64,000 bases of DNA, from the NCBI RefSeq assembly GCF_963921235.1, contig NC_086097.1:172238001-172302000 (forward strand), read 5' to 3'. The DNA is from Mobula hypostoma. Taxonomy: Eukaryota. Shown piece by piece: positions 13,141 through 23,975 of the stretch. The translations under genes were made by a program, and so were the position numbers. Within the stretch, counting starts at the first letter, position 1. Every line of letters starts with the position of its first letter. The notes under the pieces were generated by a model. It saw only the letters and a list, made by a program, of their open reading frames with translations. It had not been told where the DNA came from and ran no database searches.

Positions 13141-14024
13141 GCAAAAGAAGAATAGAGAGGTGATGTTCATGGACGATTCAGAAATCTGATGGCAAAGGGA
13201 TGAAGCTGCTTCTAGAACATTGAATGGGTTTTGCTTTTATGTTCTCGACTTGAATGACATGACTATGTTACATTTCTGCAAAACATGACCTTTCTGTCCA
13301 AGCAGTATCACAGAGCAAACACACTCGTGAATTCAGAGAGAACAGCGTGCTCGTGGTTACAGAGACACCACTGGTCCCAGTGAAAGTGCAATAGAACTGG
13401 AGCAGTAGATGCTTACTCAGGAGGGTTCCAGTTGTAAAAGGGGAATTAGGTCTGAAATAGTTGAACTCCAGGTTTCTCATTCTACCTCATCAGGGCCTTG
13501 CACTTCATTTGTCCGCCTGCACTACACTTTCTCTGTAGCTGTAATACTTCATTCTACATTCTTTTTATATTGCACTGCCTCCAAGTTCTTATGTTTGGAA
13601 TGATTATCCTGGATGGCATGCAAAACAAGCTTTCACTCTATCTCAATTCATGTGAAAATTATCAATGACCATATGTTGCCATGTTATCACTTAATTTTTT
13701 TCTTGAACCAACAGATAATCTGTTTATTATCAAACTGATTTTATAGAGTCTCTGATTCATACAGATCAGAAACAGACCAAAAGCTTGAATCTATGTACCA
13801 CCAGGCCCAAGGACAGCTTCTATGCTGTTATCAGATACAGAAATTGACCTCTCCAAGGCTAAAGATGAATTCTTGATTTCCTCCTTAATTTAGTCCAGGT
13901 ATCATTCTGGTGGTTCTGCAGAGCAAGAATTAGCATACGGTCATTAACATTAGCATACCGTCCATGGATCAGAGAGCTGGTGACTCAGTGCCTGATCAGA
14001 TATTTTAGGGAAGGTAAATAAAAA

Positions 14025-14215
14025 AAAACTGCTGATGTGGTAATCTGAAATTAAAATGGAAAAGACTGGAAAAACTCAGCAGATCAAGCAGCATATGGAG
14101 AGAGAAGTAGCTAACATTTCAGGTCAGGGACTTTCTGATGAAGGGCCTTGGTGCTGAAGCATTGTCCCTATTTCTCTTCCTGTAGTTGCAGACTGCCACT
14201 TCTGTTCCAACAGCC
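14025..14215. mobile_element. Ancient palindromic pLTR/hammerhead mini-element
   Basis: Antisense arm (actcagcagatcaagcagcat...aacatttcaggtcagggactt) joined directly to a sense arm (ctgatgaagggccttggtgctgaagcattg...tttctcttc). Confidence 0.6.
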
Positions 14216-15204
14216 TGGTGGGCTTCTAGTAAGATGGCAGCATGTTCGAACACAGTGGTCTCTCGGGGACCAACCAAAGGTGTTTTTCTCTTTTTTAAAC
14301 ATCTCTTTTACAAATGCAAGACAATGCTGGACATTAAGAACTTTGGGTACTGCAGGTCTACCCATCAGTGAGGTCCTCGTTGGTGGAGGAGCTAATGGAG
14401 TTGGACTTGGTGCGGACTTGATACTGCCTGCTACAGGAAGTCATTGGAACCAATGCATGAAGGTGGTGTGGCCTAACCGTGAGTGGTTGGCTTGGATGTC
14501 TCTTTTGTGATCACAAGACCCTATTGCACATTGATAATGTAAAATATTGCAAGTCCGTTTGTTTATTTTGAAAGACAGATGGCGGGGCAGCTGCATGATC
14601 TCAGTTGTAGCGAGAGCCAGGCCTCAAGCTTGCCTGTGGCAGCTGTCCAGAAGAAGGGATGTTGGAGGTGGTGTAGGACGGTGTCAATGCTGGGTTGGGT
14701 GCTGGCCCCTCCTATCAGTGCTGCCCTCCAGTGTTCAAATTGTGGAATGGCAATCTGGATTGTGCGAGTGCATATGATCATCTACCTACTGCTGAGAACT
14801 GATTGTTCTTGCCGATAGTACCCATGCACCATCAATTTACAGGACATGTCACTCAGAGTCTTGGGCTATAATATAATTTTTAAGCATGACCTTTTTTTAC
14901 TGCTATCTTGTACATCCTATATATGCCTTGTGCTGTGTATGACAGTAGGTACTGTATTTTACACCTTGGCCCCAGAGGAATGCTGTTTTATTTGGCTGTA
15001 TTCATGTATGGTTGAGCAATAATTAAACTTGAACAATCTCTGACTGAATTAGCTCTATTCTGTTGTGCCGAAGTAATTTAATTAGTAATCAAATGGCCAA
15101 CTAAACTAACCCCTTCTGCTTACACAATGTCCATATCCTTCCATTTCCTGCACTTTCATGTGTCTATCTAAGAGCTTCTCAAATGCCCCTGTTGTATTTG
15201 CCTC

Positions 15205-15733
15205 AAACAAGAAGCCCAGAGACCTTGGCCTTCACCCTGCCTTGTGTTGCTGGATCCTAGACTTACTATCAGATCGCCGGCAGTTGGTAACTGTGGGCTC
15301 CCTTACCTCTGCCCCTCAACACAGGTGCCCCTCAGGGCTGTGTCCTAAGTCCCCTCCTTTACTCTTTGTTTACCCATGACTGTGTTGCCGCCCACAGCTC
15401 CGATCTGCTAATTAAATTTGCTGATGATACTACATTGATTGGCCTAATCTCAAATTATAACAAGGCAGCTGACAGAGAAGAGGTCATCACCATGACACAG
15501 TGGTGTTAAGGAAACAACCCCTCCTTCAATGTCACAAAAACAAAGGAGCTGGTTGTGGACTACAACGCTGATGTAATTGTATTTCAATGTTATATTGACT
15601 GTCCTATTGTACATACTATTTACTACAAATTACTATAAATTGCTTTTTGCACAATTAGACGGAGCCGTAATGTAAAGACTTTTACTCATGTATGTGAATG
15701 ATGTGAGTAATAAAGGCAATTCAATTCAATTCA
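15205..15733 (+). mobile_element. Rex1/Babar LINE RT remnant
   Basis: LGLHPALCCWILDLLSDRRQLV; GAPQGCVLSPLLYSL; KFADDT; (aattc)n tail. Confidence 0.8.
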
Positions 15734-16485
15734 CAGCACATTCCAGGCACCCACCACTCTCTGCCCCGCACATCTCCTCTGAACTTGTCCCTCTCACCTT
15801 ATATTCTTCATTTGCTATTGCTTTTCTCTTGTTCTATGTCAATGTACTGATGTGATAAAATGATCTGTCTGGATGGCATGCAAAACAAAGTTTTTATTGT
15901 ACCTCGGTGTATGTGACAATAACAGACCGATGCCAATTACCATTTGTAAATTAGCTGGTTTAAAATAAACAAGTTTGCTTCATTTATAAAAGCATACACC
16001 AAGAAGCCTAACTCTGGTATTATTTGAATAGCTGATTGTCAGTTGTGTCACTCGATGAGGCCGAATAGGAATAGGAATTGGAATTGGAATTGTTTTGTTA
16101 TTGGACAGGAAGGATATATATGCACATAGACAATGCATTCACTTAGAACATTAAACTTTAATTTTTGTCACATAATGTTGTGAAAAGCTTGTCTTGCACA
16201 CTGTTCATACAGGTCAAAGTGCATTAAGATTGTGCAAGATAAAACAATAATAGGATGCAGGATAAAGAGCAGTGCAGGTAAACAATAAGATGCAAGATCA
16301 TTACGAGGTAGATGGTGAGGTCAACAGCCCAATTTATTCATTCAACATTATTGTAAAAGCAGGGTAGAAACTATGCTTTGACGACACAAACAACAGGAAT
16401 TCTGCAGATGCTGGAAATTCAAGCAACACACATCAAAGTTGCTGGTGAATGCAGCAAGCCAGGCAGCATCTCTAGGAAGAGGTGC

Positions 16486-16521
16486 AGTGGACGTTTCAGG
16501 CCAAGACCCTTCGTCAGGACT
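16486..16521 (-). ncRNA. Minimal type I hammerhead ribozyme motif
   Basis: Minus strand AGUC-CUGACGA-AGGGUCUUGGCCU-GAAACGUC-CACU (one helix I mismatch). Confidence 0.75.
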
Positions 16522-17000
16522 AACTGAAGGAAGAGTGAGTAAGAGATTTGAAAGTTGGAGGGGAGGGGGAGATCCAAAATGATAGGAGAAGACAGGAGGG
16601 GGAGGGATGGAGCCAAGAGCTGGACAGGTGATTGGCAAAAGGGATACGAGAGGATCATGGGACAGGAGGTCCAGGAAGAAAGACAGTGGGGGGGAACCCA
16701 GAGGATGGGCAAGGGGTATATTCAGAGGGACAGAGGGAGAAAAAGGCGAGTGAGAGAAAGAATGTGTGTATAAAAGTAAGTAACAGATGGGGTACGAGGG
16801 GGAGGTGGGGCTTTAGCGGAAGTTAGAGAAGTCGATGTTCATGCCATCAGGTTGGAGGCTACCCAAACGGAATATAAGGTGTTGTTCCTCCAACATGAGT
16901 GTGGCTTCATCTTTATAGTAGAGGAGGCCGTGGATAGACATGTCAGAATGGGAATGGGATGTGGAATTAAAATGTGTGGCCACTGGGAGATCCTGCTTTC

Positions 17001-17693
17001 CCTGGCTTCCCTTCCTCCACTATCAACTCTGCTCTTAAACGCATCTCCCCCATTTCACGTACATCTGCTCTCGCTCTATCCTCCCGCCACCCCACTAGGA
17101 ATAGGGTTCCTCTGGTCCTCACCTACCACCCCAGCCTCCGGGTCCAACATATTATTCTCCGTAACTTCCGCCACCTCCAACGGGATCCCACCACTAAGCA
17201 CATCTTTCCCTCCCCCGCTCTCTCTGCTTTCCGCAGGGATCACTCCCTACGCGACTCCCTTGTCCATTCGTCCCCCCCATCCCTCCCCACTGATCTCCCT
17301 CCTGGCACTTATCCGTGTAAGCAGAACAAGTGCTACACAGACCCTTACACTTCCTCCCTTACCACCATTCAAGGCCCCAAACAGTCCTTCCAGGTGAAGC
17401 GACACTTCACCTGTGAGTCGGCTGGGGTGATATACTGCGTCCGGTACTCCCGATGTGGCCTTTTATATATTGGCGAGACCCAACGCAGACTGGGAGACCG
17501 CTTTGCTGAACACCTACGCTCTGTCCGCCAGAGAAAGCAGGATCTCACAGTGGCCACGCATTTTAATTCCACATCCCATTCCTATTCTGACATGTCTATC
17601 CACGGCCTCCTCTACTGTAGAGATGAAGCTACACTCAGGTTGGAGGAACAACACCTTATATTCCGTCTGGTTGCCTCCAACCTGGTGGCATGA
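17001..17693 (+). pseudogene. Penelope ORF C-terminal fragment: thumb/linker, Cys motif, GIY-YIG endonuclease
   Basis: RVPLVLTYHP, YPCKQNKCYT, HFTCESAGVIYCVRYSRCGLLYIGET, VATHFN; 5'-truncated. Confidence 0.9.
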
Positions 17694-18014
17694 ACATCGA
17701 CTTCTCTAACTTCCGCTAATGCCCCACCTCCCCCTCATACCCCATCTGTTACTTATTTTTATATACACATTCTTTCTCTCACTCTCCTTTTTCTCCCTCT
17801 GTCCCTCTGAATATACCCCTTGCCCATCCTCTGGGTTCCCCCCACCCCTTTTCTTTCTCCCCGGTCCTCCTGTCCCATGATCCTCTCGTATCCCTTTTGC
17901 CTATCACCTGTCCAGCTCTTGGCTCCATCCCTCCCCCGCCTCTCTTCTCCTATCATTTTGGATCTCCCCCTCCCCCTCCCACTTTCAAATCTCTTACTCA
18001 CTCTTCCTTCAGTT

Positions 18015-18050
18015 AGTCCTGACGAAGGGTCTCGGCCTGAAACGTTGACT
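18015..18050 (+). ncRNA. Minimal type I hammerhead ribozyme motif
   Basis: AGUC-CUGACGA-AGGGUCUCGGCCU-GAAACGUU-GACU. Confidence 0.8.
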
Positions 18051-18249
18051 GCACCTCTTCCTAGAGATGCTGCCTGGCCTGCTGCGTTCACCAGCAACTT
18101 TGATGTGTGTAGCTATGCTTTGATCCTGCTGTGTATGCTTTCAGGCTTTTGTATTCTCTGCCCGATGGAAGAGGAGAGAATACAGAATGTCCAAGGTTGG
18201 GTGGTGAGTGACACAAGGACACAACATAATGGGCTCAAGTCCCAGTCAG

Positions 18250-19975
18250 AGTCATAGAACACTTCAGCACAGAAACAGCCCATCGAATCCATGCCAAACT
18301 ATTAATCAGCTTAGTCCCATCGATTTATAACAGGACCATAGCCCTCCATACCCCTCCCAACCATGTAACTATCCAAATTTCTGTTAAATGTTGAAATCGG
18401 CCCCACATCCACCACTTGCATGGGCAGCTTGTTATGCATTCTCACCACCCTCTGAGTGAAGAAGTTCCCTTTCCTCTTCCCCTTAAATATTTCACCTTTC
18501 ACCCTTAACCCCTGACCTCTCATTGTAGTCTCACCCAAACTCAGCAAAAAAAGCCTGTTTGTATTTACCCTATCTATATTTTTCATAATGTTGTATGCCA
18601 CTAACAAATCTCCTCTCAATCTTCTATGTTCTAGGTAATAAAGTCCGAACCTTTCCCTATCACTCAGGTCCTTCAGTCCCAGCAACATCCGTGTAAATTT
18701 TTTCAGCACTATTCCAATCGTATTTACATCTTTTCAGTAAGTAGATGAACAAAACTGCACACAATATCCCGAATAGGTCTCACCAATGTCTTATACAATT
18801 TCAACATAACATCCCAACTCTTATACTCAGTAGTTGATTTATGAAGGCCAATGTGCCAAAAACTTTCTTTACGACCCTATCTATCTGTGAGGCCTTTTTC
18901 AATTACTTATGGACCTGTATTCCCAGATGGCTATGTTCTACTGCACTCCTCAGTGCCTTACCACTCACTGTGTATGACCTACACTTGTTGGTCTTCCCAA
19001 AGTGCAACACTTCACACTTATCTGCATTAAATTCCATCTGCCATTTTTCAGCCCATTTTACCAACTAGTCCAAATCCGACTACAAGCTTTGATAGTCTTC
19101 TTCACTGTCCACTATATCTTCAGTCTTGGTATCATCTGCAAATTTGCTGATCCAATTTAAAACATTATCCATATTATTGATATAGATGACAAGCAGCAAT
19201 GGACACAGCTCCAATTCCTGGAGCACACTTCAAGTCATAGACCTCCAGTCAGAGAGGCAACCATCCACTACCACTCGCTGGCTTCTTCCATGAAGATAAT
19301 GTCTAATCCAATTTACTACTTCACCTTGAATGCTAAGGGACCGAACCTTCTTGACCAACCTCCCATGCAGAGCCTTGAAGAAAGCCTTGCTAGTCCATGC
19401 AGAGAACATCCTAACCTTGCCTTCATCCATTTTCCTGATAACTTCCTCAAAAAAACTCTGTGAGATTGGTTAGACACAAACTATCATGCACATGTTCACC
19501 ACCCGTAGTCAGTCCCAGACTATCCAAATACTTAAATATCTGATCCCTTAGAATATCTTCCAATAACTTTCCCACTACTGGTGTCAGGCTCATTGGCTTA
19601 TAATTTCTGAGAGCATTTCTTAAACAATGGAGCAACTTTAGCTATTCTCCAATCCTCCGGCACCTCACCTGTGGCTACGAATGTTTTAAATATCTCTGCC
19701 CCTGCTGTTTCTGCACTAGCTTCCAACAGAGTCCAAGGGAACACTTTGTCAGGCCCTGGGAATTTATCCACCCTAATTTTTCTCAAGACAACAAACACCT
19801 CCTCCTTTGTAATCTGTATAGGATCCATGACCTCATTGTTGCATTACCTTGCATCGATAAATTCTGTGTCCAACTCCCAAGTAAATACACATGTAAAAAA
19901 ATCCACTTAATATCTCCCCCATTTCTTTTGGCTCCATGCATAGATTACCATTTGGATCTTTAGAAAACCAATTTT
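18250..19975 (-). mobile_element. CR1 LINE, degenerate RT to 3' end
   Basis: Minus ORFs DKFPGPDKV, NYKPMSLTPVVGKLLE, SQRVVVDG, NFFTQRVV. Confidence 0.9.
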
Positions 19976-20144
19976 GTCTTCTGAATTGTTCTCTGAGTCC
20001 TGAGAATTCTATGTTAGTTGTTCCATGGTAGTGTGGGGAGGGAGAGAGAGGTACTGCTTTTTGCATAGGCCTTTAAAACAGGACAAATGATGGACAGAAA
20101 GTATCCCATAGGCACTATAGTCAAAAAATTCTGGTGTGCTCTCC

Positions 20145-20255
20145 CCAGAGTCCTCCATTATGTTTATCCCTCAGTTAATGCCAGCATGAATAGTATATCT
20201 GATCATTGTAACTTTGCTGCTTATGGGAGCTTTCTGTGCCTGATGCTGGTTGTGA
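20145..20255 (+). mobile_element. DeuSINE (SacSINE1/AmnSINE1-like) Deu-domain remnant
   Basis: tgtttatccctcagttaatgcc...tatctgatcattgtaactttgctgcttatgggagctttctgtgc resembles the recalled Deu domain. Confidence 0.55.
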
Positions 20256-21897
20256 ATGGAGTTTAAAAGTAGGCCATAAAAACATGTTTTTCTTTCCTTA
20301 CAGTTAATCTTGTTAAATTGCAATGTCAAATGATTTGATTTCCCCGACACCCAGCAACTAAGTCTCCAGTTACTTTTCCAAGATCAACTGGCCAGCTACT
20401 CTGTAAATTCAAAGAAAAAAGGCACATGACTGGCTTTCAACTAAAAAATACGGTTTTTCATCACCACATGAATTCTGCAATAGCCCCAGCAGGATTCTGC
20501 TGTTCTTAATATTTCAAACTTGTATTAATATTTATCACTGTAGTGCAACATAGATCAAGACTGTCCACCATTGCTCTATAAATTAATGTAATAAATTTCT
20601 AACCTGACCTATTAGCTGTTTGGACATGAAGCATTCACGTTAAAGCTAATTTGTTTTTTTTTTCCCCTCCTGTGTCTCTTCAGATCAAGATTTACAGCTG
20701 TCTTCCTAAAATAGTACAAATAAGCTTCCAAAGTGTTTGCTATGATCAGATGATATTGCTTACCAACTCTAGCTTGTCTCTTTTTATAGATGAAACATAA
20801 AAATTCTACAAGACTATGAGTGCAACAGTGTTAGGCCCAGTCAGTAAATTTATTTAGTAAGATTAGGGTTGAGCTTCCAGTTTAACTGTGTTTGCCTCCT
20901 TGATCCCCAGATCACTTGATTCTCTGAGCATATAAAAAATCTCTTGATCTCTGGATTGAATAAGCTCAGTGACTGAACACCTGGAGCCCTCTTTGAGAGA
21001 CAGCAGTGATAGAATAATTTATTGAGTTCTACAAATTTATGGAATGCTCATGAATTGGGATAGAGGTACAATTCTATCAGCAGATGGAATTTGTTCACAC
21101 TTTACCACCACTGCACCCCAATGTTGCCCAGGTTTTGAGGATCTGAGGTATAGGGAGAGGTTGAGCAGGCTAGGACCTTATAGCCTAATAGAATATAGGA
21201 GACTCAGGGTGAAGTGTGAAAGGTGTATAAAATCATGAGGGACATAGACATATACTCTTGGTCTTTTTCCCGGAAAAAGGGAATCAAAAACTAAAGAGTA
21301 GGGGTTTAAGGTGAGAGTGGAAGGATTCAAAAGGGATCTGAGGAATAACTCATTCCATACGCTCTTTTTAATGCAGAGGGTGATGAGTATATGGAATGAG
21401 CTGCCCGAGAAAGTGGTTGAAGCAGGAACAAATACAATATTTAAATAACACATAGAAAGGTACATTGATGGAAAAAATTGAGAAGGAAAACACAAAATAA
21501 TCTGCAGATGCTGGGGTCAAAGCAACACTCACAACACGCTGGAGGAACTCAGCAGGTCGGGCAGCATCTGTGGAAAAGATCGGCCAACGTTATGGGCCAA
21601 AACCCTTCATCAGGAAGAGGGAAGAGGAAGAGGTAGAGGGAAGGGGCAGAGGCCCTATAAAGAAGGTAGGGGGAGGGTGGGAAGGAGGCTGGTAGGTTCC
21701 AGGTGAAAACCCAGTAAGGGGAAAGATAAAGGGGTGGGGGAAGGGAGACAGGGAGGTGATAGGCAGGAAAGGTGAAGAAAGAATAGGGGAAAACACAATG
21801 GGTAGTAGAAGGAGGCGGAACCATGAGGGAGGTGATAGGCAGCTGGGGGAGGGGGCAGAGTGACATATGGATAAGGGAAGGGAGGGGGAGGGAATTA

Positions 21898-23140
21898 GAC
21901 CTCACCAGTTCCCCACCACCACTACCCTCCTCCGGTTGGCGGAACTGGTTCTCACACTCAATGACTTCTCTTTTGGCTCTTTCCACTTTCTTCAGACTAA
22001 GGGTGTAGCTATGGGAACTCGCATGGGCCCTAGCTATGCCTGCCTCTTCGTTGGTTACGTGGAACAGTCTGTGCTCTAAATCTATTCTGGTACTGCTCCC
22101 CAATTTTTCCTTCGGTACATTGACGACTACATTGGTGCTGCTTCCTGCACCCATGCTGAGCTCATCAATTTCATCGACTTTACTTCTAACTTCCACCCAG
22201 CCCTCAAAATCACTTGGTCCATCTCGGACACTTCTCTCCCTTTTCTCGATCTCTCGGTCTCCATCTCTGGAGACAGACTGTCCACTGACATCTTCTACAA
22301 GCCCACTGACTCTTATAGCTACCTCAACTATACCTCTTCCCACTCCGCCACATGCAAAAATGCCATTCCCTATTCCCAGTTCCTCCGTCTCCGCCGCATC
22401 TGCTCCGAGGATGAGGTTTTCCGTTCCAGGACATCTCAAGGTTCCCCTTTCTTTACGGAATGTGGATTCCCTTCTGCTGTCATCAATGATGCCCTCACCC
22501 GCATCTCCTCTATTTCCCGAACTTCGGCCCTCACCCCATCCTCCCATCACCACAATAGGGACAGAGTTCCCCTTGTCTTCACCTACCACCCCACCAGCCT
22601 CCAGATCCAACACATTATCCTCCGCAACTTTTGCCACCTTCAAAAGGACCCCACCACTAAGCACATCTTTCCCTCTCCACCCCCTTCTGCCTTCCGCAGG
22701 GATCGGTCCCACACGTCCCTCCCCACGGATCTCCCACCAGGCAGTTATCCCTGTAAGCGCAAGTGCTACAGCTGTCCCTACACCTCCTCTCTTGCCACCA
22801 TTCAGGGCCCTAAACAGTCCTTCCAAGTGAGGCAACACTTCACTTGTGAGTCTGTTGGGGTCATCTATTGCATCCGGTGTGGCCTCCTCTACATCGGTGA
22901 AACCCGACGCAGATTGGGGGACCGCTTCGTCGAGCACCTCCACTCCATCCGCCAAAACAGACAGGATCTCCCAGTAGCCACCCACTTCAACTCCGCTTCC
23001 CAATCCCATTCAGATATGTCCATACATGGCTTCCTCTACTGCTATGATGAGGCTAAACTCAGTTTGGAGGAGCAACACTTCATATACCGTCTAGGTCCAG
23101 CCCCTTGGTATGAACATAGAATTCTCCAACTTCCGGTAAT
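21898..23140 (+). pseudogene. Penelope RT core plus GIY-YIG coding remnant with a stop and indels
   Basis: Premature TAA at 22077-22079; internal deletions at about 22710 and 22875 relative to the subfamily A copy. Confidence 0.9.
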
Positions 23141-23400
23141 TCCCTCCCCCTCCCTTCCCCTATCCCTATGTCACTCTGCCCCTCCCCCAGATGCCTATCA
23201 CATCCCTCATGGTTCCGCCTCCTACTACCCATTGTGTTTTCCCCTATTCTTTCTTCACCTTTCCTGCCTATCACCTCCCTGCTTCCCTTCCCCCACCCCT
23301 TTATCTTTCCCCGTACTGGTTTTTCACCTGGAACCTACCAGCCTTCTCCTTCCCACCCTCCCCCCACCTTCTTTATAGGGCCTCTGCCCCTTTCCCCTAC

Positions 23401-23437
23401 AGTCCTGACGAAGGGTTCCGGCCCGAAAGGTCAACCG
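23401..23437 (+). ncRNA. Hammerhead ribozyme motif, variant
   Basis: AGUC-CUGACGA-AGGGUUCCGGCCC-GAAAGGUC-AACCG; the ACGU palindrome is mutated. The inverted arm copy (about 21583-21615) has lost GAAA. Confidence 0.6.
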
Positions 23438-23975
23438 ATCTTTTCCACGGATGCTGTCCGAACTGCTGAGTTCCTCCAGCAAATTGAGAAGGATATGGGC
23501 CAAATTTATGAAAATGGGATTAGCTTAGATGGGCATCTTGGGCAACATAGATGAGTTGAGCCTATGACTCTATTACTGCAACTAAACTTAGAGGCCATGT
23601 ATTACAGGTGATGTAGGGTAATGAATTGAGACAGATGAGTCAAAAGATATAATGAAAAATATTGCAGAAATTCAGCAGATCAGCCAGTATCCATGAGAGA
23701 TATAGAGTAATGACATGGAGCAGATGTAGGCAAATTAGCTTTTATCAAGATATATATTTGTCAGGAAATGGGTTGCAATCTGCTATCATCAACCAGGGGA
23801 ACTAGCTTTATGCAGATCCAAAGTTTTCATCTCATAAGTGCCTAACAATTCCTGATGTGCTCAAACTTTTCAAGTGTTGGGGAGCATGCACTTCACAGTG
23901 ACTAAGACATTTGAATTGTCAAGGCAATGAAGGCTACTGAAAGTGAGTGCTGGTAAATGGGATAAATTTTGATGG

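Larger units (their letters stand above)
16382..18112. mobile_element. Penelope-like element (Neptune type, subfamily A): inverted pLTR arm 16382-17000 (-) plus GIY-YIG/pLTR arm 17001-18112 (+)
   Basis: GIY-YIG motif GVIYCVR...LYIGETQRRLGDRFAEH; arms are reverse complements over about 570 bp; TSD ctatgctttga at 16371-16381 / 18113-18123. Confidence 0.95.
21488..23480. mobile_element. Penelope-like element (Neptune type, subfamily B): inverted pLTR 21488-21897 (-) plus RT/GIY-YIG/pLTR 21898-23480 (+)
   Basis: RT motifs LQTKGVAMGTRMGPSYACLF, RYIDD, LPFLD; linker YPCKRKCYSC; VIYCIRCGLLYIGET; 13-bp TSD aaattgagaagga at 21475-21487 / 23481-23493. Confidence 0.95.
21120..23575 (+). mobile_element. 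CR1 3' fragment interrupted by a Penelope insertion (21120-21487 plus 23481-23575)
   Basis: PGFEDLRYRERLSRLG; the 3' UTR continues after the insertion. Confidence 0.8.

Noticed and set aside
21549..23009. 486-aa minus-strand ORF
   Set aside because: Antisense shadow of the C-rich Penelope coding strand running into the inverted pLTR; no protein motifs
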